64,000 bases of DNA from Spirochaetales bacterium. Lineage in GTDB: Bacteria > Spirochaetota > Spirochaetia > Treponematales > UBA12059. Location: the NCBI GenBank assembly GCA_016928955.1, contig JAFGJV010000034.1, positions 1-64,000 on the forward strand, read 5' to 3'. Both the position numbers and the translations under genes were made by a program. Positions 48,302 to 58,053 of this stretch are shown here, piece by piece (position 1 is the stretch's first letter; each line of letters begins with the position of its first letter). A model generated the notes under the pieces. That model was not told the origin of the DNA and ran no database searches. It worked only from the letters and a program-made list of their open reading frames with translations.

Positions 48302-48412
48302 ACGCGATCCATCCTGGGTGTTCGGGCTGGGGCAAGGATATCCGCCTGGCCCCGGCGGGGCAAGGCCGCCTCCCGACTTGCCATGGACGACGCGGGCGGA
48401 TACAGTGCCTTC

Positions 48413-49210
48413 ATGAACCGTTCGCTGCTATTCACCCTGGTTTGCATGGCCTGTTCCTCCTGCGCTCCCGCGCAGCAGGCGGAAGCGCCCGAGCCCGAGC
48501 CCGATTCCCGCGTGGTCAAGGCCCTGGAGGCTGCTTCTATACTGCCCGACCCGGTGGTTTTGGCCTTCCGGTCGGCGCTCATGGCCGATCCCGGCCGGTT
48601 TTTCCGCCTGCTCGACGAGGCAGAGCTGGAATCCGCCGCAGCCGGAGACCTTCTGCAGCTGGTGGATAAAAACCACGCCCTGCCCTCGTCGTATAAGCCC
48701 CTGGACCTGGTTTCCCTGAACGACTACAAGCTGGCCCGCACAAAAGACACCCTGAGCCTGCGCAGGGCCATCATGGACAGTGTGTTGGAGATGGACGCGG
48801 CAGCCCGGGCGGACGGCATCACGCTGACCTTTGCGTCCACGTTCCGCTCCTACGAGACCCAGCTGGGCTTGTTCGACTATTGGGTCCAGTCGCACGGCCT
48901 CAAGGAAGCGGAGCGTTTCTCGGCCCGCGCGGGGCAGTCCCAGCACCAGCTGGGCACCGTGGTAGACTTCCATCCGATTGAGGAAGAGATAGCTTCGTTG
49001 CCGCAGGGCCTGTGGCTGGAGCAAAACGCGTGGCGCTACGGCTTTTCCATGTCGTATCCGCCCGGACACGAGCATATTACCGGCTACCTGTGGGAGCCCT
49101 GGCACTTCCGGTACATAACCAAGGCGGGCGCGTCCATCGAGCGCGACTACTTTGGAGGCATCCAGCAGTATTTCCTGGAATTTCTCCGGGAATACAGGCT
49201 CGGAACCTGA
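48413..49210 (+). CDS. M15B (VanY-like) D-Ala-D-Ala carboxypeptidase, probable lipoprotein
   Basis: LVDKNH.LP..Y.P.DL, STFRSY..Q, SQHQLG..VD, EPWHFRY. Confidence 0.92.
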   Translation: MNRSLLFTLVCMACSSCAPAQQAEAPEPEPDSRVVKALEAASILPDPVVLAFRSALMADPGRFFRLLDEAELESAAAGDLLQLVDKNHALPSSYKPLDLVSLNDYKLARTKDTLSLRRAIMDSVLEMDAAARADGITLTFASTFRSYETQLGLFDYWVQSHGLKEAERFSARAGQSQHQLGTVVDFHPIEEEIASLPQGLWLEQNAWRYGFSMSYPPGHEHITGYLWEPWHFRYITKAGASIERDYFGGIQQYFLEFLREYRLGT

Positions 49211-49362
49211 CGGCCGGGCCTGTACGAGCGGGCTTGTCCCGTGATATAAGGGCCATGCCGCCCGCTTGCACACATCCAAGGCCATGCGCGGATAGGGCGG
49301 TTCCGCTGTAGGCCCCCCGAGGGCCATCCAGGCCTCCATCCCCAAACGGTGGAGGTCCATCC

Positions 49363-50946
49363 ATGTCCCTTTCAGGTTTCGTGGTCCTGGCTTTTGTTGC
49401 GTCCGGGACGCTCTTTGCCCTCTCAAAGCGCAAACCAGCATCGGCCTCTTCCTACATGCTTGCCGACCGCTCCCTGTCCGGCGTCACGCTGTTTGCCACG
49501 CTTGCCGCGTCAAACCTGTCTGCCTTCACCGTCTTTGGCGTGTCCGGGGCGGCCTACCGATCGGGCTGGGCCTTTGTGCCGGTCATGGCTTTTGGCACGG
49601 GATTCATGGCCCTGTCTTTTGTGGTCTTTGGCCTGCCAATGCGGCGCCTGTCCAAAGAGCGCGGCTGGCTGACGCCCGGCGACTGTATCCGTGACCGCTT
49701 TCAGAGCCCCGCGCTTGGCAGGGTGTTTTCCGCCCTATCGCTTCTGTACACGGTGCCCTACCTGGCCATACAGGCGGGATCGGGAGGCGCGCTCATGGCG
49801 GAAGCCACAGGTCTGCCCCGGGCCGCGGCTTCGGGTATTCTGGTGGCCGTGGTGGCCTTCTACGTGTTCAGGGGAGGCATGAAGGCGGTGGCGCGCACCG
49901 ACGTGCTCCAGCTGGCCGTACTCGTTTCCCTGGGACTGGCCGCCGCGGCTATGGTAGCGGGCGCGGCGTCTGGTTCCGGGTCGCTCGCCGCGGTGGCTTC
50001 CGACAGCTCTGCCGCCCTCCGGGATGGAGCCGACGCATCCCTGCCCTGGACCGCCCTGTTGGGGTACTACGCCCTCTGGGCTCTGGCTGACCCCATGTTT
50101 CCTCAATTTATGCAGCGTTTCTTTGCCGCCAGGTCAGATAAGGCCCTCCTGTCCAGCATGGCGCTGTATCCGCTCATGGCGGCCGTGGTGTTTTTTGCCA
50201 TGGCGGCCATCGGGGTGATGGGTAGGAGCATTACTCCCGGCCTGGAGGGTAGCGCCACGGACGGTGTCTTCACGGTTCTGGCCCATGCCGTGGCCGGGCC
50301 GCTGTGGGGGCCCGTTTTTTCCGTGGCGGCGCTCGCTGCCCTGATGTCCACCATGGACAGCCAGCTTCTGTCGGCAGGTTCCATGCTGAGCGGGGACGTA
50401 ATCGGTTCCCGCAGGGCCGGCGCTCCGGCGGCCGTGGCCGCGCTCGCGGTCCTGGCCTGGCTCGTGTCGCTCAAACCTCCAGAGTCCATCTTGGCGTTTC
50501 TGAACAAGGCGGCCTTTCCCGGGTACGCGAGCCTGGCGCCGGTCGCCCTGGCTGCTCTGTACGCGCCGGCTGTCGGCACGGCCGCCGCGATGAGCGCCTT
50601 GGTGGGAGGAGCCGCCCTTGTAGGCCTGGAGGCCTTGGGTGTCCTGGTTCCGCCTATGCCTGCGGCCGTGTTCAACGCCCTTGTGCAGGTAGCCATACTG
50701 GGCGCCGGCTGGCTGACGGAGCGTGCGCGGAAATCGACCCATGCGCGTCTTCCGGAGCCGTTCCCGGTATCCGCAGGGTGGCTGGTCGTTTTCGGGACGA
50801 TGGTGATCCTGGCTACTGACGTCTGGAATTTCGGCAGGGCGCCGCGCGTGGTTGCCGGCTTGCCCTCATGGCTATGGTACCATCTTGGGCTGACGCTCGC
50901 CCTGGGCGCGATGTTTGCCGTCTTTGCGCGGAAACGACGATCCTGA
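49363..50946 (+). CDS. Sodium:solute symporter family protein
   Basis: Y.LADRSL, SAFT.FG..G.AY, GGMKAVARTDVLQ, PQFMQRFFAA, AALMSTMDSQL. Confidence 0.9.
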   Translation: MSLSGFVVLAFVASGTLFALSKRKPASASSYMLADRSLSGVTLFATLAASNLSAFTVFGVSGAAYRSGWAFVPVMAFGTGFMALSFVVFGLPMRRLSKERGWLTPGDCIRDRFQSPALGRVFSALSLLYTVPYLAIQAGSGGALMAEATGLPRAAASGILVAVVAFYVFRGGMKAVARTDVLQLAVLVSLGLAAAAMVAGAASGSGSLAAVASDSSAALRDGADASLPWTALLGYYALWALADPMFPQFMQRFFAARSDKALLSSMALYPLMAAVVFFAMAAIGVMGRSITPGLEGSATDGVFTVLAHAVAGPLWGPVFSVAALAALMSTMDSQLLSAGSMLSGDVIGSRRAGAPAAVAALAVLAWLVSLKPPESILAFLNKAAFPGYASLAPVALAALYAPAVGTAAAMSALVGGAALVGLEALGVLVPPMPAAVFNALVQVAILGAGWLTERARKSTHARLPEPFPVSAGWLVVFGTMVILATDVWNFGRAPRVVAGLPSWLWYHLGLTLALGAMFAVFARKRRS

Positions 50947-51020
50947 TGCCCTAACAGGCTGCAGGCAAAGCCGCTAGCGTTGCTAGTAGCCCGAAAAGAA
51001 CAAACGATGCGCCTGGCGTG

Positions 51021-52547
51021 TTAGCGGTTCTTGCCCGCGCTCTCCCGCTGCTTGATGGTCTCCAGGCGGAAGCCCTCGCCGAACTGCTCCACGGTCTTGG
51101 CGAACTGCTTCTCGCTCAGGAAGCCAAAGTCCTGGAGCACGAGGCCGTCTATCTGGTCGTAGGTCATGCCGGCGATCTCGTACTCGCAGAACACGTTGGC
51201 AAGATAGACGGTAAAGGCCACGTCCTTGTGGTCGGTGGTCATCAGCGCCGGCTCGTGGTGGTAGCGGATGGCGGCTACGAGGCCTTCCGGGAAATTCCAT
51301 TTTTCCGCCACCCGGGCCCCTATCTCCGCGTGGTTCATGCCGCCGGCAAGGTCCTCAAAGGTGCGTTCGTCTATGCCCTTGGACGAGCAGAAGGCCTTGA
51401 TGTGGTCCAAAAGCTCGGGATGGATGGCGGAGAAGATGATCTTGCCCATGTCGTGGAGCATGCCGCCCACGTAGGCGTCGTCCTGGAGTGTGCGGTTGCT
51501 GGACTTGAAATTCTTGGCCAGGTTGTAGGCGTAGTACGCGCAGCGGTGGCTGTGTTCCCACAGCTGTTTCTGGTCCATGCCGCGCTCGGACGCCAGGATT
51601 TTCTGCGAGCCGTAGGAGAAGAGCAGGTTCTTGATGCCGCGGAGCCCGACCAGCTTGACCGCGTCCACGATATTGTCCACGCGGTGGGGCAGCATGTACT
51701 GCGCCGAGTTGACCAGCTTCAGGAGGTCGGCCGTCATGGCCGGGTCGGTGGATATGTGGCGGGCGATCTCTATCATCTCGCTCTTGGGGTCGCCAATCAG
51801 CCGCTGTATGGCCAGGATGTTTTCCGGGAACTGCGGCAGGCTGGTGATACGGCGGACGATCTCGTCCGTGAGCGAGGACAGGCTCTCGATCTTGGTGGCG
51901 TTGACCGGCACGCTGATGCGCGCCACCGTCTCGCCGCTTTCAACCCGGAGGTCAAAACATTCCTCCTCAAGGCCCATCTTCTTGAGCATGAGGACCAGGA
52001 TGACCAGGCCAAGGCCCGCGCCTTCGGTGGAGTCCAGGACCTGAGCCATGGCTTCCTCTAGGGACGTGTACTTGCGAGAACGGGCCAGCTTGTCCTGCAC
52101 GCGCAGGTATTCCGTGCGCGTCATCTGGGCGTTGTTGCGCACCTCCAGCACCACGGTGGACCCCCTGGCCTGGAAGATGATCTTTACGTAGTACTGTTTC
52201 TCTTTCTGCTTCTGGAGGTAGTACGATATGTTCTCCATGGTGTCGCTCTTGAACGACTTCATGCCGTCCTCGTACTCCACCGGGTTTTCCAGGTCGAGGC
52301 CCTTGGTCTCAAAGTACACGCGCTTGGTATTGGCCTTCTTGGCGTTCACCGCGAGTTCCCTGAGGCAGTACACCAGGTAGTCCTTGATTTTGGACTGCCC
52401 CAGCTCGTTGAGGAACACGTCTAGGACAGACTCCATGTACACTTCTATCTCGTGCGGGAGCGTGTATGTCGTGATTGTCAGCGGGATGGCGCTGTGCGCG
52501 GCCTTTTTGATCTTTGCCACGTCGACGACGAGTTCGTTTCCGGCCAT
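51021..52547 (-). CDS. HATPase-like + HDOD domain protein
   Basis: ELAVNA (N-box) and GAGLGL (G2-box); then LPQFP, DPAMTADLLKLVNSA, LWEHS, LHDMGK, HAEIG..VAEKWNFP..L..AIRYHH. Confidence 0.88.
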   Translation of the reverse strand: MAGNELVVDVAKIKKAAHSAIPLTITTYTLPHEIEVYMESVLDVFLNELGQSKIKDYLVYCLRELAVNAKKANTKRVYFETKGLDLENPVEYEDGMKSFKSDTMENISYYLQKQKEKQYYVKIIFQARGSTVVLEVRNNAQMTRTEYLRVQDKLARSRKYTSLEEAMAQVLDSTEGAGLGLVILVLMLKKMGLEEECFDLRVESGETVARISVPVNATKIESLSSLTDEIVRRITSLPQFPENILAIQRLIGDPKSEMIEIARHISTDPAMTADLLKLVNSAQYMLPHRVDNIVDAVKLVGLRGIKNLLFSYGSQKILASERGMDQKQLWEHSHRCAYYAYNLAKNFKSSNRTLQDDAYVGGMLHDMGKIIFSAIHPELLDHIKAFCSSKGIDERTFEDLAGGMNHAEIGARVAEKWNFPEGLVAAIRYHHEPALMTTDHKDVAFTVYLANVFCEYEIAGMTYDQIDGLVLQDFGFLSEKQFAKTVEQFGEGFRLETIKQRESAGKNR

Positions 52548-52791
52548 CGGTTCACACCTCTTAGTAACAACGGAATTGCATTTTGCGTATGCGGTGGCGG
52601 GGCGCTGTCGTGTGGCCCGTTCCATGGTGACTATACGGCCAGCCCCGTCAGACAAGATTACTCGAAGCCGGGCCAGCGCGCAACCCATACTCGGGGTGGT
52701 GTTCGGCAGGACCACTTACGCGCCCCGGAGTCCCGTCTCGGAAAAAAAAAGACTGTTGCGGCGCGTAGTATCATGATACAATCGGGTATCT

Positions 52792-53994
52792 ATGAAAACA
52801 TTACTTCTTGTTGATGCCGACCGGGCGGCCAGCGCAGTGGCCAGGGCCGTGCTCGCAGGGTCCTATTCGGTATATGAGCGCGCGGCCCTTGACGACGCCC
52901 TTGCGTTCCTGTCCACAGACCATGTTGACCTGGTGTTGCTGGACCTGGCGGAGCCCACCCTAAAGGGCCATGCCAACGCGGTGGCGTCCGTGCTTGCCTC
53001 GCCCTGCCGGCCCCGGGTGGTCGGAGCCGCGGACCAGCCCCGCCCGTCCCTGATCGTGGGCGCCGTCAAGGCTGGCGCACTGTCCTTTGTGGGCAAGCCG
53101 TACGTGGCTGAGGACCTGGTCAAAGCCGTGCGCGAGGCCGCCGTCGCATTGGTGGCCGGTGTGGGCGACGCTGGGCTTGCCGGTGAGAGCGCTCGGTACA
53201 GCGTCGCGCGGCCCGAGACCAAAAAAGACGCCAGCCGCCTGCTCGGGTCGTCCCCGATCATGAACTCCATACGAGGCTCCATACAGCGCTTTGCATCCTG
53301 CGACGAAGCGGTGCTGATTCTTGGCGAGACCGGTACGGGCAAGGAGCTTGCCGCCCAGGAAATCCACGCGCGCTCGAGCCGCAAAGACAAGCCTTTCATG
53401 CCCGTGGACTGCGCCGCCTTGCCTGAGAGCCTGGCGGAAAGCGAGCTCTTTGGCACCGTTAAGGGAGCCTTTACCGGTTCCGTGTCACGTATGGGCCTGT
53501 TCGAGGCAGCCAAGGGAGGGACCCTGTTCCTGGACGAGGTCGGGGAACTTCCCCTGCCGGTGCAGGCCAAGCTTTTGAGGACCCTGGAAAGCCGTTGTGG
53601 CTGCAGGGTTGGCTCTGTCGAGCAGATCCGCTATGACGTGCGGGTAGTGTCGGCCACCAACGCTCCCGTATACGAGGATCCGTCCCGGTTCAGGCCGGAA
53701 CTTCTCAACCGGCTCAATACCCTGGTCCTCAAGATGCCGCCCCTACGGGCCAGGCCGGAGGACATTGGGGAACTGGCCAGGCAATTCCTGGCCGGCTTGG
53801 ACGGGCGGAAGAGCCTGCATGACGACGCGATACGCAGCATGGAGGCATGGCACTGGCCGGGGAACGTCCGCGAACTCAGGAACGTCATTCACCGGGCGGC
53901 CATATTATCGCCGGAAAGCGCAACGATCAGGGCCGCGGACATAGAAACCCAGCTCGGTTCGTCATGGGGGTCCATGCAGCGGCGACTGTGCTAG
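52792..53994 (+). CDS. Sigma54-dependent response regulator (REC + AAA+), lacking a C-terminal HTH
   Basis: REC (LVD, LLDL, KP); GETGTGKE, ESELFG..KGAFTGS, LFLDEV, WPGNVRELRN; protein ends shortly afterwards. Confidence 0.9.
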   Translation: MKTLLLVDADRAASAVARAVLAGSYSVYERAALDDALAFLSTDHVDLVLLDLAEPTLKGHANAVASVLASPCRPRVVGAADQPRPSLIVGAVKAGALSFVGKPYVAEDLVKAVREAAVALVAGVGDAGLAGESARYSVARPETKKDASRLLGSSPIMNSIRGSIQRFASCDEAVLILGETGTGKELAAQEIHARSSRKDKPFMPVDCAALPESLAESELFGTVKGAFTGSVSRMGLFEAAKGGTLFLDEVGELPLPVQAKLLRTLESRCGCRVGSVEQIRYDVRVVSATNAPVYEDPSRFRPELLNRLNTLVLKMPPLRARPEDIGELARQFLAGLDGRKSLHDDAIRSMEAWHWPGNVRELRNVIHRAAILSPESATIRAADIETQLGSSWGSMQRRLC

Positions 53995-54452
53995 CGGAGC
54001 AGACGCAGGGATATGACGCGCAGGTAGATGGCCGGTTTTCCGTCCGGGCCCGCCTTGACCGTTGGCTTGTCGGCTACCACGATGGCGCGCGTGCCGGGGG
54101 TAATGCCGCCTAAGGCCTCGAATTCTGCGCCGGCAAGCTCAAGGTACACGCGGAACAGCTCTATCCTGGATGTGCCTATCCATTTGCCCTCTGAAAATTC
54201 TATCAGAGCCATATACGTGTCGCCCGGGGATTGAATCGGTTTGGCCATGCTGCCCGTCAGCAGGAAGGCTTTGCCCGCCGCCTGATGCTGCACCGCCGCC
54301 TGTCCTTGCGCGGCCCAGGTGGAGAGCTGTTCTATGGAAATTTCCAGTTCAAGCGTGCCCGTGTAGCGCTCGCTTCCGAGCGGCGCGTCCTGGGCAGCCA
54401 GGCCAGCGGCGGCCGTGAGCGCCAGTACTATGCGCACTATCCAACGTCCCAT
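53991..54452 (-). CDS. Hypothetical exported protein
   Basis: AGGAGG SD; signal peptide; OB-fold-like beta pattern. Confidence 0.7.
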   Translation of the reverse strand: MGRWIVRIVLALTAAAGLAAQDAPLGSERYTGTLELEISIEQLSTWAAQGQAAVQHQAAGKAFLLTGSMAKPIQSPGDTYMALIEFSEGKWIGTSRIELFRVYLELAGAEFEALGGITPGTRAIVVADKPTVKAGPDGKPAIYLRVISLRLLR

Positions 54453-54554
54453 GGAGACCTCCTGGCCGGATATCGTGAAGGCTGGAGGGCGGCCGCGATG
54501 CAACGCGGGTGCCACGGGCCCTCCGTGGAAGAGTAGTATTACCGTCCTGAGAGG

Positions 54555-55316
54555 TCAAGCTGAGCCACGGGAGAGCAGGGCGGACCGTTTGGCGAACAGG
54601 GCGGCCAACCTGTCCAGTTCATCGTGCGTGAGCGCCGCCCGGGCGGACAGGGTGGCCAGGAAGCGCTGGGTGTCGTCGCGGCCGGCTATCTTGAAAAAGC
54701 CCGAGGCGGCCAGCTCGTCGCATATACCCGAGGCGGTTCTGCCGTAGTCGTCCCGCGTCGCGGCGCCCTGGCCGCCCGCCACTGACGCGCCACCGGTCCG
54801 GGCAAGCGCATGGCGGCGCAGTTCCCAGAACGCGAGCTGGACGGCGTGGGACAGATTGAGCGAGGGGAAGGCGTCGGAGCTGGGTATCCAGACGGCCAGG
54901 TCGCACAGGGCCAGCTCGGCGCTGGACAGGCCGTCGCGCTCGTTCCCGAACACCAAGGCGACGCGGCCGGACCTGTCCATGATCGTCTTGGCCAGGTTTC
55001 CGAGTTCTAGGCCCGCCTTTCTTCTGCCGCCCCGCCGTCGGGTAAACCCCACGGCCAGGGAGCACCCGTCAAGGGCGCTTTCCAGGCTGGCATGCCGCTC
55101 GGCACGCTCGTATACATCCCAGGCGCCCAGAGCGCTGGTGCGTACCAGATCCGGATCGAATTCGGGACAGGCCGCCAGGGTAAGGTTATCGCACCCCATG
55201 GTCTTGATGGCCCTGCAGACGGCGCCTACGTTGGACGGTCCTTCGGCGCGGCAAAGGACGGCGGAAAAACGTTCCATTACGGCGTCTGCGGCATGGAGAG
55301 GTTTGCCGTTTGTCAT
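54555..55316 (-). CDS. TrmJ/TrmH-family (SPOUT) RNA methyltransferase
   Basis: NVGAVCRAIKTMG, ALVFGNERDGLS..EL..C, IPS...PSLNLSHAVQ. Confidence 0.9.
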   Translation of the reverse strand: MTNGKPLHAADAVMERFSAVLCRAEGPSNVGAVCRAIKTMGCDNLTLAACPEFDPDLVRTSALGAWDVYERAERHASLESALDGCSLAVGFTRRRGGRRKAGLELGNLAKTIMDRSGRVALVFGNERDGLSSAELALCDLAVWIPSSDAFPSLNLSHAVQLAFWELRRHALARTGGASVAGGQGAATRDDYGRTASGICDELAASGFFKIAGRDDTQRFLATLSARAALTHDELDRLAALFAKRSALLSRGSA

Positions 55317-55341
55317 GGGAAAGGGTATAGTCATGATTGCT

Positions 55342-56100
55342 ATGCAGGGCAAGAGCGACGCGGACGGCGTTCACGGAACAGCAGCTTTGGTGGTCGGAGG
55401 TTCGGGCGGCCTGGGCCTGGCCGTGGCCCGGAGACTGTGCGGGGCCGGGGCGCGCCTGACAATCCACGGCAAGGACCAGGAACGACTCGATGCGGCAGTC
55501 CGCGCCTGTTGCCACGGCGCTGCGCCAGAGACGCGGCCGGAAACCATCCGGGCGGACCTCGGCGGCGGCTCCGTTCCCGACGAACTTCTGGAAGCCGCAT
55601 CCGCCTGCGACATCCTGGTGCTTGCGTACGGGCCCTTCCTGCACGCGACCCTGGAACAAACAGGGGACGATGACTGGCAGCGGATGTGCTGGGCCAATTT
55701 GGCCCTGCCCGGCATGCTGGCCGGCCGAGCTGCCAGAGCCATGGCCGCTCGCGGATTCGGGCGCATACTATTCTTTGGCGGTACCAGGACGGATGCCATC
55801 CGGGGCTTCCGCATGAACGCCGCCTATGCAGCGGCCAAGACCGGCCTGGGCGTGTTGGCCAAGTCGCTGGCCGCCGAGTATTCCGGGCGGGGCGTGTCCT
55901 GCGCGCTTCTGTGCCCTGGGTTTGTGGATACCGAGTATCTGGACCAGGCATCCAGGGCTGAGCTTGCGGCAAAAGCGCCTAGGGGGCGCCTCATCAGGCC
56001 GGAGGCCATAGCGGAGCTTGCCGTGGCCCTGCTGTCAGGCGGCATGGACCTGGCCAACGGCTCTATTATCGTCGCCGACGAGGGCTTATACGCCCTGTAA
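55342..56100 (+). CDS. SDR-family oxidoreductase
   Basis: GGSGGLG, YAAAK (YxxxK), PGFVDT; start inferred from the upstream promoter. Confidence 0.88.
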   Translation: MQGKSDADGVHGTAALVVGGSGGLGLAVARRLCGAGARLTIHGKDQERLDAAVRACCHGAAPETRPETIRADLGGGSVPDELLEAASACDILVLAYGPFLHATLEQTGDDDWQRMCWANLALPGMLAGRAARAMAARGFGRILFFGGTRTDAIRGFRMNAAYAAAKTGLGVLAKSLAAEYSGRGVSCALLCPGFVDTEYLDQASRAELAAKAPRGRLIRPEAIAELAVALLSGGMDLANGSIIVADEGLYAL

Positions 56101-56245
56101 GCCGTGCCCGGCTCCAGGGCCGGTACGGACAGGCCCTGGCCGAAAAAGAGAAAAAAAACGCAGTAGTGCTGGAATTTTCGACCAGGCTCGCCGAAAATAA
56201 CGTCGAGGGTAACCTCGTGGCTCATGGAGCCGCCGGGTCCCTCAT

Positions 56246-56285
56246 TTGACATCCCATTGACTGCGCCTTATTATGACTTTACAAT
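56246..56285 (+). promoter_or_regulatory. Two overlapping sigma70-like promoters for the STAS-YbjN-pspA operon
   Basis: TTGACA(56246)-17-TATTAT and TTGACT(56257)-17-TACAAT. Confidence 0.7.
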
Positions 56286-56328
56286 CGTTCGGTGCACAGT
56301 CATCGGGGTGCGTTGGAAGAGGAGTACC

Positions 56329-56880
56329 ATGGCCAACAACGATATCGTTCCTGGCTTTGACGACGAGAAGGACGATAGCCTCAAAATCAGGCTCCAAAAA
56401 ATAGACAATGTAGAGAACTGCCTCGCGCTCTTCCTGACCGGCTACATTGACACCTACAACTCGAATTTTTTCCAGAAACGCGTCGGCAAAGCCATAGACG
56501 CCGGTTATTTCCGGCTGGTGTTCAACTGCGGCGGGCTCAACTACGTGTCGTCCACGGGTATCGGCTCTTTTACGGCCTTTCTCAAAGCCGTCAAACCCCG
56601 CTCGGGAGACATTGTCCTTCTGGAAATCCAGCCCAAGGTGTATGAGGTATTCCAGCTCCTCGGCTTCTCGCAATTCTTCAATATCAAGGACAACATCGAC
56701 GAGGCCATGAGTTTCTTCCAGCAAGGCTCGCAGATGACGTCCCAAAGCGTGTTCCCCAAGATTTTTTCCTGTCCTATATGCAATAAAAAGCTTCGTGCAG
56801 CCAGGCCCGGTCGTTTCCGGTGCTCTGAGTGCAAGACCATCCTGGCAATTGACAACTCGGGACAGGTGTTCCTGGGCTGA
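56329..56880 (+). CDS. Anti-sigma factor antagonist (STAS) with a C-terminal Zn ribbon
   Basis: LTGYIDTYNS, LNYVSSTGIG, VFQLLGF; CPIC...CSEC. Confidence 0.9.
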   Translation: MANNDIVPGFDDEKDDSLKIRLQKIDNVENCLALFLTGYIDTYNSNFFQKRVGKAIDAGYFRLVFNCGGLNYVSSTGIGSFTAFLKAVKPRSGDIVLLEIQPKVYEVFQLLGFSQFFNIKDNIDEAMSFFQQGSQMTSQSVFPKIFSCPICNKKLRAARPGRFRCSECKTILAIDNSGQVFLG

Positions 56881-56941
56881 CCCGCCACCGGCGGACCGCA
56901 TTCGGCCGCGCCGTTCATTACCTGGCCGCTAGGAGGATGTG

Positions 56942-57325
56942 ATGGCCGGCTTGAGCAAAGTTGAGAATTACCTGATGGAACTGGGGCTTTCCTACCAGGA
57001 GGCCACACCCAACACTTTCTACGTCGAGGACGAGGCCCGGGGCTTGCCCGGGGTAGCCATTACCGTTGAGGAACCGGTCGTCTTTTTCCGGACCAAGGTG
57101 ATGGCCCTGCCCAAGACCAAAAACATTGCGCTGTATGAAACCTTGCTCACATTGAATGCTGAGGATATTCTGCACGGGGCATACGGAATCGACGGTCAAG
57201 ACGTCGTCCTTGTGGACACGCTGGAGTACGAGACCATGGACAGGAGCGAGTTCGAGGCAGCTCTGGATTCCATTGGCCTTGCCCTGTCGAAGCACTATGC
57301 CGTCCTGGGCGCGTACCGGGACTGA
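56942..57325 (+). CDS. YbjN/CesT-like chaperone-fold protein
   Basis: LYETLLTLNA..I.HGAYGID..VVLVDTL pattern; AGGAGG SD; precedes pspA. Confidence 0.75.
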   Translation: MAGLSKVENYLMELGLSYQEATPNTFYVEDEARGLPGVAITVEEPVVFFRTKVMALPKTKNIALYETLLTLNAEDILHGAYGIDGQDVVLVDTLEYETMDRSEFEAALDSIGLALSKHYAVLGAYRD

Positions 57326-57342
57326 CCATCCAGGAGGATAAC

Positions 57343-58050
57343 GTGGGTATCTTTGACAGGCTCAAGACCGTTGTGTCGTCCAATATCAATGACCTCATCT
57401 CCAAGGCTGAGAACCCGGAGAAAATGCTCAATCAGCTGGTCATCGACATGAACCAGCAGATGATCGAGTCCAAGAAATCAGTGGCCATTGCCATTGCGGA
57501 CGAGAAAAAGATCGAGCGCGAGCTGGCCGAGCAGAAGCGCCAGGCCGAGGACTGGGAACGCAAGGCCGTGGTGGCGGTCAAGGCCGGGCGTGACGACCTG
57601 GCTAAAGAGGCCCTCCTGCGCAAGCAGGAAGCCGAGAACTACTACCTCCAGCTCAAGCCCCAGTGGGAAGCCCAAAAAGCCTCCGTTGAGAAGCTCAAGG
57701 ACACGCTCCGCCAGCTTCAGAACAAGATCGACGAGGCGTCCCGCAAGAAGAATATCCTGATAGCTCGGGCCAAGCGCGCCGAGGCCCAGCAGAAAATCCA
57801 GAAGACCCTGTCCAGCATATCCGGCAACACCAGCGCTTTTGACAGCTTTGACCGCATGGCCAAAAAGGTGGACGAGCTCGAGGCCAAGGCCGAAGCCCAC
57901 GCCGAGCTTGCAGACCTGTCCCAATCCACGTCGCTGGAGAAAGAGTTTGCCAAACTCGAGTCCTCCGACGCCGGCGCGGACGTTCTGCTTGAGGAGCTCA
58001 AGCGCAAGATGGTCACGGACGGCCAGGGTGGTCAGGCCGGCCAGCCCTAA
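57343..58050 (+). CDS. pspA: PspA/IM30 family protein
   Basis: MGIFDRL..V.SNIN..I.KAENPEKML.Q...DM, AV.AGRDDLAKEAL.RK, FDRM..KV. Confidence 0.95.
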   Translation: MGIFDRLKTVVSSNINDLISKAENPEKMLNQLVIDMNQQMIESKKSVAIAIADEKKIERELAEQKRQAEDWERKAVVAVKAGRDDLAKEALLRKQEAENYYLQLKPQWEAQKASVEKLKDTLRQLQNKIDEASRKKNILIARAKRAEAQQKIQKTLSSISGNTSAFDSFDRMAKKVDELEAKAEAHAELADLSQSTSLEKEFAKLESSDAGADVLLEELKRKMVTDGQGGQAGQP

Positions 58051-58053
58051 GAG

